64,000 bases of DNA from Eledone cirrhosa. Its lineage: Eukaryota. The first letter of the stretch is position 1, and the number at the start of each line of letters is the position of its first letter. Below, piece by piece: positions 15,601-31,400 of this stretch. Both the position numbers and the translations under genes were made by a program. Below the pieces are notes generated by a model. That model ran no database searches. It was not told where the DNA came from and saw nothing but the letters and a program-made list of their open reading frames with translations. The stretch covers positions 6,572,001 to 6,636,000 of the forward strand of contig OZ024743.1 in the NCBI GenBank assembly GCA_964016885.1. The letters run 5' to 3'.

Positions 15601-18600
15601 GACTCCTACATGACCACTTTACAGTGTGTGATGAGTGCTTTTAGCCATGACTCCTACATGACCACATTAACAATGTGTGATGAGTGCTTTTAGCCATGAC
15701 TCCTACATGACCACATTTACAGTGTGTGATGAGTGCTTTTAGCCATGACTCCTACATGACCACTTTACAGTGTGTGATGAGTGCTTTTAGCCATGACTCC
15801 TACATGACCACTTTACAGTGTGTGATGAGTGCTTTTAGCCATGACTCCTACATACCACATTTACAGTGTGTGTCGAGTGCTTTTAGCCATGACTCCTACA
15901 TGACCACTTTACAGTGTGTGATGAGTGCTTTTAGCCATGACTCCTACATGACCACTTTACAGTGTGTGATGAGTGCTTTTAGCCATGACTCCTACATGAC
16001 CACATTAACAATGTGTGATGAGTGCTTTTAGCCATGACTCCTACATGACCACGTTTACAGTGTGTGATGAGTGCTTTTAGCCATGACTCCTACATGACCA
16101 CATTAACAATGTGTGATGAGTGCTTTTAGCCATGACTCCTACATGACCACATTAACAATGTGTGATGAGTGCTTTTAGCCATGACTCCTACATGACCACT
16201 TTACAGTGTGTGATGTGTGCTTTTAGCCATGACTCCTACATGACCACTTTACAGTGTGTGATGAGTGCTTTTAGCCATGACTCCTATATGACCACTTTAC
16301 AGTGTGTGATGAGTGCTTTTAGCCATGACTCCTACATGACCACATTAACAATGTGTGATGAGTGCTTTTAGCCATGACTCCTACATGACCACTTTACAGT
16401 GTGTGACGAGTGCTTTTAGCCATGACTCCTACATGACCACATTAACAATGTGTGATGAGTGCTTTTAGCCATGACTCCTACATGACCACATTAACAATGT
16501 GTGATGAGTGCTTTTAGCCATGACTCCTACATGACCACTTTACAGTGTGTGATGAGTGCTTTTAGCCATGACTCCTACATGACTACATTAACAATGTGTG
16601 ATGAGTGCTTTTAGCCATGACTCCTACATGACCACTTTACAGTGTGTGATGAGTGCTTTTAGCCATGACTCCTACATGACCACATTAACAATGTGTGATG
16701 GGTGCTTTTAGCCATGACTCCTACATGACCACTTTACAGTGTGTGATGAGTGCTTTTAGCCATGACTCCTACATGACCACATTAACAATGTGTGATGAGT
16801 GCTTTTAGCCATGACTCCTACATGACCACATTTACAGTGTGTGATGAGTGCTTTTAGCCGTGACTCCTACATGACCACTTTTACAGTGTGTGATGAGTGC
16901 TTTTAGCCATGACTCCTACATGACCACATTTACAGTGTGTGATGAGTGCTTTTAGCCATGACTCCTACATGACCACATTTACAGTGTGTGATGAGTGCTT
17001 TTAGCCATGACTCCTACATGACCACTTTTACAATGTGTGATGAGTGCTTTTAGCCATGACTCCTACATGACCACATTTACAGTGTGTGATGAGTGCTTTT
17101 AACCATGACTCCTACATGACCACATTTACAGTGTGTGATGAGTGCTTTTAGCCATGACTCCTACATGACCACTTTACAATGTGTGATGAGTGCTTTTAGC
17201 CATGACTCCTACATGACCACTTTACAGTGTGTGATGAGTGCTTTTAGCCATGACTCCTACATGACCACATTTACAGTGTGTGTCGAGTGCTTTTAGCCAT
17301 GACTCCTACATGACCACTTTACAGTGTGTGATGAGTGCTTTTAGCCATGACTCCTACATGACCACTTTACAGTGTGTGATGAGTGCTTTTAGCCATGACT
17401 CCTACATGACCACATTAACAATGTGTGATGAGTGCTTTTAGCCATGACTCCTACATGACCACATTTACAGTGTGTGATGAGTGCTTTTAGCCGTGACTCC
17501 TACATGACCACATTTACAGTGTGTGATGAGTGCTTTTAGCCATGACTCCTACATGACCACTTTACAGTGTGTGATGAGTGCTTTTAGCCATGACTCCTAC
17601 ATGACCACATTTACAATGTGTGTCGAGTGCTTTTAGCCATGACTCCTACATGAACACTTTTACAGTGTGTGATGAGTGCTTTTAGCCATGACTCCTACAT
17701 GACCACATTTACAGTGTGTGTCGAGTGCTTTTAGCCATGACTCCTACATGACCACTTTACAGTGTGTGATGAGTGCTTTTAGCAATGACTCCTACATGAC
17801 CACTTTACAGTGTGTGATGAGTGCTTTTAGCCATGACTCCTACATGACCACATTAACAATGTGTGATGAGTGCTTTTAGCCATGACTCCTACATGACCAC
17901 ATTTACAGTGTGTGATGAGTGCTTTTAGCCGTGACTCCTACATGACCACTTTACAGTGTGTGATGAGTGCTTTTAGCCATGACTCCTACATGACCACATT
18001 ACAGTGTGTGATGAGTGCTTTTAGCCATGACTCCTACATGACCACTTTACAGTGTGTGATGAGTGCTTTTAGCCATGACTCCAACGTGACCACATTTACA
18101 GTGTGTGATGAGTGCTTTTAGCCGTGACTCCTACATGACCACTTTTACAGTGTGTGATGAGTGCTTTTAGCCATGACTCCTACATGACCACATTTACAAT
18201 GTGTGTCGAGTGCTTTTAGCCATGACTCCTACATGACCACATTTACAGTGTGTGATGAGTGCTTTTAGCCATGACTCCTACATGACCACATTTACAATGT
18301 GTGATGAGTGCTTTTAGCCATGACTCCTACATGACCACATTTACAATGTGTGATGAGTGCTTTTAGCCATGACTCCTACATGACCACTTTACAGTGTGTG
18401 ATGAGTGCTTTTAGCCATGACTCCTACATGACCACATTAACAATGTGTGATGAGTGCTTTTAGCCATGACTCCTACATGACCACATTACAGTGTGTGATG
18501 AGTGCTTTTAGCCATGACTCCTACATGACCACTTTACAGTGTGCGATGAGTGCTTTTAGCCATGACTCCTACATGACCACATTTACAATGTGTGATGAGT

Positions 18601-19400
18601 GCTTTTAGCCATGACTCCTACATGACCACTTTACAGTGTGTGATGAGTGCTTTTAGCCATGACTCCTACATGACCACTTTACAGTGTGTGATGAGTGCTT
18701 TTAGCCGTGACTCCTACATGACCACTTTTACAGTGTGTGATGAGTGCTTTTAGCCATGACTCCTACATGACCACATTTACAATGTGTGTCGAGTGCTTTT
18801 AGCCATGACTCCTACATGACCACATTTACAGTGTGTGATGAGTGCTTTTAGCCATGACTCCTACATGACCACATTTACAATGTGTGATGAGTGCTTTTAG
18901 CCATGACTCCTACATGACCACTTTACAGTGTGTGATGAGTGCTTTTAGCCATGACTCCTACATGACCACATTTACAATGTGTGTCGAGTGCTTTTAGCCA
19001 TGACTCCTACATGACCACTTTACAGTGTGTGATGAGTGCTTTTAGCCATGACTCCTACATGACCACTTTACAGTGTGTGATGAGTGCTTTTAGCCATGAC
19101 TCCTACATGACCACATTAACAATGTGTGATGAGTGCTTTTAGCCATGACTCCTACATGACCACATTTACAGTGTGTGATGAGTGCTTTTAGCCGTGACTC
19201 CTACATGACCACTTTTACAGTGTGTGATGAGTGCTTTAGCCATGACTCCTACATGACTACATTTACAATGTGTGATGAGTGCTTTTAGCCATGACTCCTA
19301 CATGACCACTTTTACAGTGTGTGATGAGTGCTTTTAGCCATGACTCCTACATGACCACTTTACAGTGTGTGATGAGTGCTTTTAACCATGACTCCTACAT
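9230..19400. repeat. Higher-order repeat, period 5104 bp (~105 monomers), two copies
   Basis: ACATAACC at 9481/14585, a one-T deletion at 14131/19235, and ORFs 10622/15726, 11058/16162, 12808/17912 are all offset 5104. Boundaries approximate. Confidence 0.92.
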
Positions 19401-22400
19401 GACCACATTTACAATGTGTGATGAGTGCTTTTAGCCATGACTCCTACATGACCACATTTACAATGTGTGATGAGTGCTTTTAGCCATGACTCCTACATGA
19501 CCACTTTTACAATGTGTGATGAGTGCTTTTAACCATGACTCCTACATGACCACATTTACAATGTGTGATGAGTGCTTTTAGCCATGACTCCTACATGACC
19601 ACATTTACAGTGTGTGATGAGTGCTTTTAGCCATGACTCCTACATGACCACATTTACAGTGTATGATGAGTGCTTTTAGCCATGACTCCTACATGACCAC
19701 ATTTACAGTGTGTGATGAGTGGTTTTAGCCATGACTCCTACATGACCACATTTACAATGTGTGATGAGTGCTTTTAGCCATGACTCCTACATGACCACAT
19801 TTACAGTGTGTGATGAGTGCTTTTAGCCATGACTCCTACATGACCACTTTACAATGTGTGATGAGTGCTTTTAGCCATGACTCCTACATGACCACTTTAC
19901 AATGTGTGATGAGTGCTTTTAGCCATGACTCCTACATGACCACTTTACAATGTGTGATGAGTGCTTTTAGCCATGACTCCTACATGACCACATTTACAGT
20001 GTGTGATGAGTGGTTTTAGCCATGACTCCTCCATGACCACATTTACAGTGTGTGATGAGTGGTTTTAGCCATGACTCCTACATGACCACTTTACAGTGTG
20101 TGATGAGTGCTTTTAGCCATGACTCCTACATGACCACATTTACAGTGTGTGATGAGTGCTTTTAGCCATGACTCCTACATGACCACATTTACAATGTGTG
20201 ATGAGTGCTTTTAGCCATGACTCCTACATGACCACATTTACAGTGTGTGATGAGTGCTTTTAGCCATGACTCCTACATGACCACATTTACAATGTGTGAT
20301 GAGTGCTTTTAGCCATGACTCCTCCATGACCACATTTACAGTGTGTGATGAGTGCTTTTAGCCATGACTCCTACATGACCACATTTACAATGTGTGATGA
20401 GTGCTTTTAGCCATGACTCCTACATGACCACATTTACAGTGTGTGATGAGTGCTTTTAGCCATGACTCCTACATGACCACATTTACAATGTGTGATGAGT
20501 GCTTTTAGCCATGACTCCTCCATGACCACATTTACAGTGTGTGATGAGTGCTTTTAGCCATGACTCCTACATGACCACATTTACAATGTTTGATGAGTGC
20601 TTTTAGCCATGACTCCTACATGACCACATTTACAGTGTGTGATGAGTGCTTTTAGCCATGACTCCTACATGACCACATTTACAATGTGTGATGAGTGCTT
20701 TTAGCCATGACTCCTACATGACCACATTTACAGTGTGTGATGAGTGCTTTTAGCCATGACTCCTACATGACCACATTTACAATGTGTGATGAGTGCTTTT
20801 AGCCATGACTCCTACATGACCACATTTACAGTGTGTGATTAGTGCTTTTAGCCATGACTCCTACATGACCACATTTACAATGTGTGATGAGTGCTTTTAG
20901 CCATGACTCCTCCATGACCACATTTACAGTGTGTGATGAGTGCTTTTAGCCATGACTCCTACATGACCACATTTACAGTGTGTGATGAGTGCTTTTAGCC
21001 ATGACTCCTACATGACCACTTTACAGTGTGTGATGAGTGCTTTTAGCCATGACTCCTACATGATCACATTTACAGTGTGTGATGAGTGCTTTTAGCCATG
21101 ACTCCTACATGACCACTTTACAATGTGTGATGAGTGCTTTTAGCCATGACTCCTACATGACCACTTTACAGTGTGTGATGAGTGCTTTTAACCATGACTC
21201 CTACATGACCACTTTACAGTGTGTGATGAGTGCTTTTAGCCATGACTCCTACATGACCACTTTACAGTGTGTGATGAGTGCTTTTAGCCATGACTCCTAC
21301 ATGACCACATTTACAGTGTGTGATGAGTGCTTTTAACCATGACTCCTACATGACCACTTTACAGTGTGTGATGAGTGCTTTTAATCATGACTCCTACATG
21401 ACCACTTTACAGTGTGTGATGAGTGCTTTTAGCCATGACTCCTACATGACCACTTTACAGTGTGTGATGAGTGCTTTTAGCCATGACTCCTACATGACCA
21501 CATTTACAGTGTGTGATGAGTGCTTTTAACCATGACTCCTACATGACCACTTTACAGTGTGTGATGAGTGCTTTTAGCCATGACTCCTACATGACCACTT
21601 TACAGTGTGTGATGAGTGCTTTTAGCCATGACTCCTACATGACCACATTTACAGTGTGTGATGAGTGCTTTTAGCCATGACTCCTACATGACCACATTTA
21701 CAGTGTGTGATGAGTGCTTTTAGCCATGACTCCTACATGACCACATTTACAGTGTATGATGAGTGCTTTTAGCCATGACTCCTACATGACCACATTTACA
21801 GTGTGTGATGAGTGGTTTTAGCCATGACTCCTACATGACCACATTTACAATGTGTGATGAGTGCTTTTAGCCATGACTCCTACATGACCACATTTACAGT
21901 GTGTGATGAGTGCTTTTAGCCATGACTCCTACATGACCACTTTACAATGTGTGATGAGTGCTTTTAGCCATGACTCCTACATGACCACTTTACAATGTGT
22001 GATGAGTGCTTTTAGCCATGACTCCTACATGACCACTTTACAATGTGTGATGAGTGGTTTTAGCCATGACTCCTCCATGACCACATTTACAGTGTGTGAT
22101 GAGTGGTTTTAGCCATGACTCCTACATGACCACTTTACAGTGTGTGATGAGTGCTTTTAGCCATGACTCCTACATGACCACATTTACAGTGTGTGATGAG
22201 TGCTTTTAGCCATGACTCCTACATGACCACATTTACAATGTGTGATGAGTGCTTTTAGCCATGACTCCTACATGACCACATTTACAGTGTGTGATGAGTG
22301 CTTTTAGCCATGACTCCTACATGACCACATTTACAATGTGTGATGAGTGCTTTTAGCCATGACTCCTCCATGACCACATTTACAGTGTGTGATGAGTGCT

Positions 22401-25400
22401 TTTAGCCATGACTCCTACATGACCACATTTACAATGTGTGATGAGTGCTTTTAGCCATGACTCCTACATGACCACATTTACAGTGTGTGATGAGTGCTTT
22501 TAGCCATGACTCCTACATGACCACATTTACAATGTGTGATGAGTGCTTTTAGCCATGACTCCTCCATGACCACATTTACAGTGTGTGATGAGTGCTTTTA
22601 GCCATGACTCCTACATGACCACATTTACAATGTGTGATGAGTGCTTTTAGCCATGACTCCTACATGACCACATTTACAGTGTGTGATGAGTGCTTTTAGC
22701 CATGACTCCTACATGACCACATTTACAATGTGTGATGAGTGCTTTTAGCCATGACTCCTCCATGACCACATTTACAGTGTGTGATGAGTGCTTTTAGCCA
22801 TGACTCCTACATGACCACATTTACAATGTGTGATGAGTGCTTTTAGCCATGACTCCTACATGACCACATTTACAGTGTGTGATGAGTGCTTTTAGCCATG
22901 ACTCCTACATGACCACATTTACAATGTGTGATGAGTGCTTTTAGCCATGACTCCTCCATGACCACATTTACAGTGTGTGATGAGTGCTTTTAGCCATGAC
23001 TCCTACATGACCACATTTACAGTGTGTGATGAGTGCTTTTAGCCATGACTCCTACATGACCACTTTACAGTGTGTGATGAGTGCTTTTAGCCATGACTCC
23101 TACATGACCACTTTACAATGTGTGATGAGTGCTTTTAGCCATGACTCCTACATGACCACTTTACAATGTGTGATGAGTGCTTTTAGCCATGACTCCTACA
23201 TGACCACATTTACAATGTGTGATGAGTGCTTTTAGCCATGACTCCTACATGACCACATTTACAGTGTGTGATGAGTGCTTTTAGCCATGACTCCTACATG
23301 ACCACATTTACAGTGTGTGATGAGTGTTTTTAGCCATGACTCCTACATGACCACTTTACAGTGTGTGATGAGTGCTTTTAGCCATGACTCCTACATGACC
23401 ACTTTACAGTGTGTGATGAGTGCTTTTAGCCATGACTCCTACATGACCACTTTACAGTGTGTGATGAGTGCTTTTAGCCATGACTCCTACATGACCACAT
23501 TTACAGTGTGTGATGAGTGCTTTTAACCATGACTCCTACATGACCACTTTACAGTGTGTGATGAGTGCTTTTAACCATGACTCCTACATGACCACTTTAC
23601 AGTGTGTGATGAGTGCTTTTAGCCATGACTCCTACATGACCACTTTACAGTGTGTGATGAGTGCTTTTAGCCTTGACTCCTACATGACCACATTTACAGT
23701 GTGTGATGAGTGCTTTTAACCATGACTCCTACATGACCACTTTACAGTGTGTGATGAGTGCTTTTAACCATGACTCCTACATGACCACTTTACAGTGTGT
23801 GATGAGTGCTTTTAGCCATGACTCATACATAACCACTTTACAGTGTGTGATGAGTGCTTTTAGCCATGACTCCTACATGACCACATTTACAGTGTGTGAT
23901 GAGTGCTTTTAACCATGACTCCTACATGACCACTTTACAGTGTGTGATGAGTGCTTTTAGCCATGACTCCTACATGACCACTTTACAGTGTGTGATGAGT
24001 GCTTTTAGCCATGACTCCTCCATGACCACATTTACAGTGTGTGATGAGTGCTTTTAGCCATGACTCCTACATGACCACATTTACAATGTGTGATGAGTGC
24101 TTTTAGCCATGACTCCTACATGACCACATTTACAGTGTGTGATGAGTGCTTTTAGCCATGACTCCTACATGACCACATTTACAATGTGTGATGAGTGCTT
24201 TTAGCCATGACTCCTCCATGACCACATTTACAGTGTGTGATGAGTGCTTTTAGCCATGACTCCTACATGACCACATTTACAATGTGTGATGAGTGCTTTT
24301 AGCCATGACTCCTACATGACCACATTTACAGTGTGTGATGAGTGCTTTTAGCCATGACTCCTACATGACCACATTTACAATGTGTGATGAGTGCTTTTAG
24401 CCATGACTCCTCCATGACCACATTTACAGTGTGTGATGAGTGCTTTTAGCCATGACTCCTACATGACCACATTTACAGTGTGTGATGAGTGCTTTTAGCC
24501 ATGACTCCTACATGACCACTTTACAGTGTGTGATGAGTGCTTTTAGCCATGACTCCTACATGACCACTTTACAATGTGTGATGAGTGCTTTTAGCCATGA
24601 CTCCTACATGACCACTTTACAATGTGTGATGAGTGCTTTTAGCCATGACTCCTACATGACCACATTTACAATGTGTGATGAGTGCTTTTAGCCATGACTC
24701 CTACATGACCACATTTACAGTGTGTGATGAGTGCTTTTAGCCATGACTCCTACATGACCACATTTACAGTGTGTGATGAGTGTTTTTAGCCATGACTCCT
24801 ACATGACCACTTTACAGTGTGTGATGAGTGCTTTTAGCCATGACTCCTACATGACCACTTTACAGTGTGTGATGAGTGCTTTTAGCCATGACTCCTACAT
24901 GACCACTTTACAGTGTGTGATGAGTGCTTTTAGCCATGACTCCTACATGACCACATTTACAGTGTGTGATGAGTGCTTTTAACCATGACTCCTACATGAC
25001 CACTTTACAGTGTGTGATGAGTGCTTTTAACCATGACTCCTACATGACCACTTTACAGTGTGTGATGAGTGCTTTTAGCCATGACTCCTACATGACCACT
25101 TTACAGTGAGTGATGAGTGCTTTTAGCCATGACTCCTACATGACCACATTTACAGTGTGTGATGAGTGCTTTTAATCATGACTCCTACATGACCACTTTA
25201 CAGTGTGTGATGAGTGCTTTTAACCATGACTCCTACATGACCACTTTACAGTGTGTGATGAGTGCTTTTAGCCATGACTCATACATAACCACTTTACAGT
25301 GTGTGATGAGTGCTTTTAGCCATGACTCCTACATGACCACATTTACAGTGTGTGATGAGTGCTTTTAACCATGACTCCTACATGACCACTTTACAGTGTG

Positions 25401-28400
25401 TGATGAGTGCTTTTAGCCATGACTCCTACATGACCACTTTACAGTGTGTGATGAGTGCTTTTAGCCATGACTCCTACATGACCACATTTACAGTGTGTGA
25501 TGAGTGCTTTTAACCATGACTCCTACATGACCACTTTACAGTGTGTGATGAGTGCTTTTAGCCATGACTCCTACATGACCACTTTACAGTGTGTGATGAG
25601 TGCTTTTAGCCATGACTCCTACATGACCACATTTACAATGTGTGATGAGTGCTTTTAACCATGACTCCTACATGACCACTTTACAGTGTGTGATGAGTGC
25701 TTTTAACCATGACTCCTACATGACCACATTTACAGTGTGTGTCGAGTGCTTTTAGCCATGACTCCTACATGACCACTTTACAGTGTGTGATGAGTGCTTT
25801 TAGCCATGACTCCTACATGACCACTTTACAGTGTGTGATGAGTGCTTTTAGCCATGACTCCTACATGACCACATTAACAATGTGTGATGAGTGCTTTTAG
25901 CCATGACTCCTACATGACCACATTTACAGTGTGTGATGAGTGCTTTTAGCCGTGACTCCTACATGACCACTTTACAGTGTGTGATGAGTGCTTTTAGCCA
26001 TGACTCCTACATGACCACATTTACAATGTGTGATGAGTGCTTTTAGCCATGACTCCTACATGACCACTTTACAGTGTGTGATGAGTGCTTTTAGCCATGA
26101 CTCCTACATGACCACATTTACAATGTGTGATGAGTGCTTTTAGCCATGACTCCTACATGACCACTTTACAGTGTGTGATGAGTGCTTTTAGCCATGACTC
26201 CTACATGACCACATTAACAATGTGTGATGAGTGCTTTTAGCCATGACTCCTACATGACCACATTACAGTGTGTGATGAGTGCTTTTAGCCATGACTCCTA
26301 CATGACCACTTTACAGTGTGTGATGAGTGCTTTTAGCCATGACTCCTACATGACCACATTTACAGTGTGTGATGAGTGCTTTTAGCCGTGACTCCTACAT
26401 GACCACTTATACAGTGTGTGATGAGTGCTTTTAGCCATGACTCCTACATGACCACATTTACAATGTGTGTCGAGTGCTTTTAGCCATGACTCCTACATGA
26501 CCACATTTACAGTGTGTGATGAGTGCTTTTAGCCATGACTCCTACATGACCACATTTACAATGTGTGATGAGTGCTTTTAGCCATGACTCCTACATGACC
26601 ACATTTACAATGTGTGATGAGTGCTTTTAGCCATGACTCCTACATGACCACTTTACAGTGTGTGATGAGTGCTTTTAGCCATGACTCCTACATGACCACA
26701 TTTACAATGTGTGATGAGTGCTTTTAGCCATGACTCCTACATGACCACTTTACAGTGTGTGATGAGTGCTTTTAGCCATGACTCCTACATGACCACATTT
26801 ACAATGTGTGATGAGTGCTTTTAGCCATGACTCCTACATGACCACATTACAGTGTGTGATGAGTGCTTTTAGCCATGACTCCTACATGATCACTTTACAG
26901 TGTGTGATGAGTGCTTTTAGCCATGACTCCTACATGACCACATTTACAATGTGTGATGAGTGCTTTTAGCCATGACTCCTACATGACCACTTTACAGTGT
27001 GTGATGAGTGCTTTTAGCCATGACTCCTACATGACCACTTTACAGAGTGTGATGAGTGCTTTTAGCCGTGACTCCTACATGACCACTTTTACAGTGTGTG
27101 ATGAGTGCTTTTAGCCATGACTCCTACATGACCACATTTACAATGTGTGTCGAGTGATTTTAGCCATGACTCCTACATGACCACATTTACAGTGTGTGAT
27201 GAGTGCTTTTAGCCATGACTCCTACATGACCACATTTACAATGTGTGATGAGTGCTTTTAGCCATGACTCCTACATGACCACTTTACAGTGTGTGATGAG
27301 TGCTTTTAGCCATGACTCCTACATGAGCACATTTACAATGTGTGTCGAGTGCTTTTAGCCATGACTCCTACATGACCACTTTACAGTGTGTGATGAGTGC
27401 TTTTAGCCATGACTCCTACATGACCACTTTACAGTGTGTGATGAGTGCTTTTAGCCATGACTCCTACATGACCACATTAACAATGTGTGATGAGTGCTTT
27501 TAGCCATGACTCCTACATGACCACATTTACAGTGTGTGATGAGTGCTTTTAGCCGTGACTCCTACATGACCACTTTTACAGTGTGTGATGAGTGCTTTTA
27601 GCCATGACTTCTCCATGACCACATTTACAGTGTGTGATGAGTGCTTTTAGCCATGACTCCTACATGACCACATTTAAACTGTATGATGAGTGCTTTTAGC
27701 CATGACTCCTACATGACCACTTTACAGTGTGTGATGAGTGCTTTTAGCCATGACTCCTACATGATCACATTTACAGTGTGTGATGAGTGCTTTTAGCCAT
27801 GACTCCTACATGACCACTTTACAATGTGTGATGAGTGCTTTTAGCCATGACTCCTACATGACCACATTTACAATGTGTGATGAGTGCTTTTAGCCATGAC
27901 TCCTACATGACCACTTTACAATGTGTGATGAGTGCTTTTAGCCATGACTCCTACATGACCACATTTACAATGTGTGATGAGTGCTTTTAGCCATGACTCC
28001 TACATGACCACTTTACAGTGTGTGATGAGTGCTTTTAGCCATGACTCCTCCATGACCACTTTACAGTGTGTGATGAGTGCTTTTAACCATGACTCCTACA
28101 TGACCACTTTACAGTGTGTGATGAGTGCTTTTAACCATGACTCCTACATGACCACTTTACAGTGTGTGATGAGTGCTTTTAGCCATGACTCCTACATGAC
28201 CACTTTACAGTGTGTGATGAGTGCTTTTAGCCATGACTCCTACATGACCACATTTACAGTGTGTGATGAGTGCTTTTAACCATGACTCCTACATGACCAC
28301 TTTACAGTGTGTGATGAGTGCTTTTAGCCATGACTCCTACATGACCACTTTACAGTGTGTGATGAGTGCTTTTAGCCATGACTCCTACATGACCACATTT

Positions 28401-31400
28401 ACAGTGTGTGATGAGTGCTTTTAACCATGACTCCTACATGACCACTTGACAGTGTGTGATGAGTGCTTTTAGCCATGACTCCTACATGACCACTTTACAG
28501 TGTGTGATGAGTGCTTTTAGCCATGACTCCTACATGACCACATTTACAGTGTGTGATGAGTGCTTTTAGCCATGACTCCTACATGACCACATTTACAGTG
28601 TGTGATGAGTGCTTTTAGCCATGACTCCTACATGACCACTTTACAGTGTGTGATGAGTGCTTTTAGCCATGACTCCTACATGACCACATTTACAATGTGT
28701 GATGAGTGCTTTTAACCATGACTCCTACATGACCACATTTACAGTGTGTGATGAGTGCTTTTAGCCATGACTCCTACATGACCACATTTACAATGTGTGA
28801 TGAGTGCTTTTAGCCATGACTCCTACATGACCACATTCACAGTGTGTGATGAGTGCTTTTAGCCATGACTCCTACATCACCACATTTACAATGTGTGATG
28901 AGTGCTTTTAGTCATGACTCCTACATGACCACATTTACAGTGTGTGATGAGTGCTTTTAGCCATGACTCCTACATGACCACATTTACAATGTGTGATGAG
29001 TGCTTTTAGCCATGACTCCTACATGACCACATTTACAATGTGTGATGAGTGCTTTTAGCCATGACTCCTACATGACCACATTTACAATGTGTGATGAGTG
29101 CTTTTAGCCATGACTCCTACATGACCACATTTACAGTGTGTGATGAGTGCTTTTAGCCATGACTCCTACATGACCACATTTACAGTGTGTGATGAGTGCT
29201 TTTAGCCATGACTCCTACATGACCACATTTACAGTGTGTGATGAGTGCTTTTAGCCATGACTCCTACATGACCACTTTACAATGTGTGATGAGTGCTTTT
29301 AGCCATGACTCCTACATGACCACATTTACAGTGTGTGATGAGTGGTTTTAGCCATGACTCCTACATGACCACTTTACAGTGTGTGATGAGTGCTTTTAGC
29401 CATGACTCCTACATGACCACATTTACAGTGTGTGATGAGTGCTTTTAGCCATGACTCCTACATGACAACATTTACAGTGTGTGATGAGTGTTTTTAGCCA
29501 TGACTCCTACATGACCACATTTACAATGTGTGATGAGTGCTTTTAGCCATGACTCCTACATGACCACATTTACAATGTGTGATGAGTGCTTTTAGCCATG
29601 ACTCCTACATGACCACTTTACAATGTGTGATGAGTGCTTTTAGCCATGACTCCTACATGACCACTTTACAATGTGTGATGAGTGCTTTTAGCCATGACTC
29701 CTACATGATCACTTTACAGTGTGTGATGAGTGCTTTTAGCCAAGACTCCTACATGATCACATTTACAGTGTGTGATGAGTGCTTTTAGCCATGACTCCTA
29801 CATGACCACTTTACAATGTGTGATGAGTGCTTTTAGCCATGACTCCTACATGACCACTTTACAATGTGTGATGAGTGCTTTTAGCCATGACTCCTACATG
29901 ACCACATTTACAATGTGTGATGAGTGCTTTTAGCCATGACTCCTACATGACCACTTTACAATGTGTGATGAGTGCTTTTAGCCATGACTCCTACATGACC
30001 ACATTTACAATGTGTGATGAGTGCTTTTAGCCATGACTCCTACATGACCACATTTACGATGTGTGATGAGTGCTTTTAGCCATGACTCCTACATGACCAC
30101 TTTACAGTGTGTGATGAGTGCTTTTAGCCATGACTCCTACATGACCACTTTACAGTGTGTGATGAGTGCTTTTAGCCATGACTCCTACATGACCACATTT
30201 ACAGTGTGTGATGAGTGCTTTTAACCATGACTCCTACATGACCACTTTACAGTGTGTGATGAGTGCTTTTAGCCATGACTCCTACATGACCACTTTACAG
30301 TGTGTGATGAGTGCTTTTAGCCATGACTCCTACATGACCACATTTACAGTGTGTGATGAGTGCTTTTAACCATGACTCCTACATGACCACTTTACAGTGT
30401 GTGATGAGTGCTTTTAGCCATGACTCCTACATGACCACTTTACAGTGTGTGATGAGTGCTTTTAGCCATGACTCCTACATGACCACATTTACAATGTGTG
30501 ATGAGTGCTTTTAACCATGACTCCTACATGACCACTTTACAGTGTGTGATGAGTGCTTTTAACCATGACTCCTACATGACCACATTTACAGTGTGTGATG
30601 AGTGCTTTTAGCCATGACTCCTACATGACCACATTTACAATGTGTGATGAGTGCTTTTAGCCATGACTCCTACATGACCACATTTACAGTGTGTGATGAG
30701 TGCTTTTAGCCATGACTCCTACATGACCACTTTTACAATGTGTGATGAGTGCTTTTAACCATGACTCCTACATGCCCACATTTACAGTGTGTGATGAGTG
30801 CTTTTAGCCATGACTCCTACATGACCACATTTACAGTGTGCGATGAGTGCTTTTAGCCATGACTCCTACATGACCACATTTACAATGTGTGATGAGTGCT
30901 TTTAGCCATGACTCCTACATGACCACTTTACAGTGTGTGATGAGTGCTTTTAGCCATGACTCCTACATGACCACATTTACAATGTGTGATGAGTGCTTTT
31001 AGCCATGACTCCTACATGACCACTTTACAGTGTGTGATGAGTGCTTTTAGCCATGACTCCTACATGACCACATTTACAGTGTGTGATGAGTGCTTTTAGC
31101 CATGACTCCTACATGACCACATTTACAATGTGTGATGAGTGCTTTTAACCATGACTCCTACATGACCACTTTACAGTGTGTGATGAGTGCTTTTAACCAT
31201 GACTCCTACATGACCACATTTACAGTGTGTGATGAGTGCTTTTAGCCATGACTCCTACATGACCACTTTACAGTGTGTGATGAGTGCTTTTAACCATGAC
31301 TCCTACATGACCACATTTACAGTGTGTGATGAGTGCTTTTAGCCATGACTCCTACATGACCACTTTACAGTGTGTGATGAGTGCTTTTAGCCATGACTCC

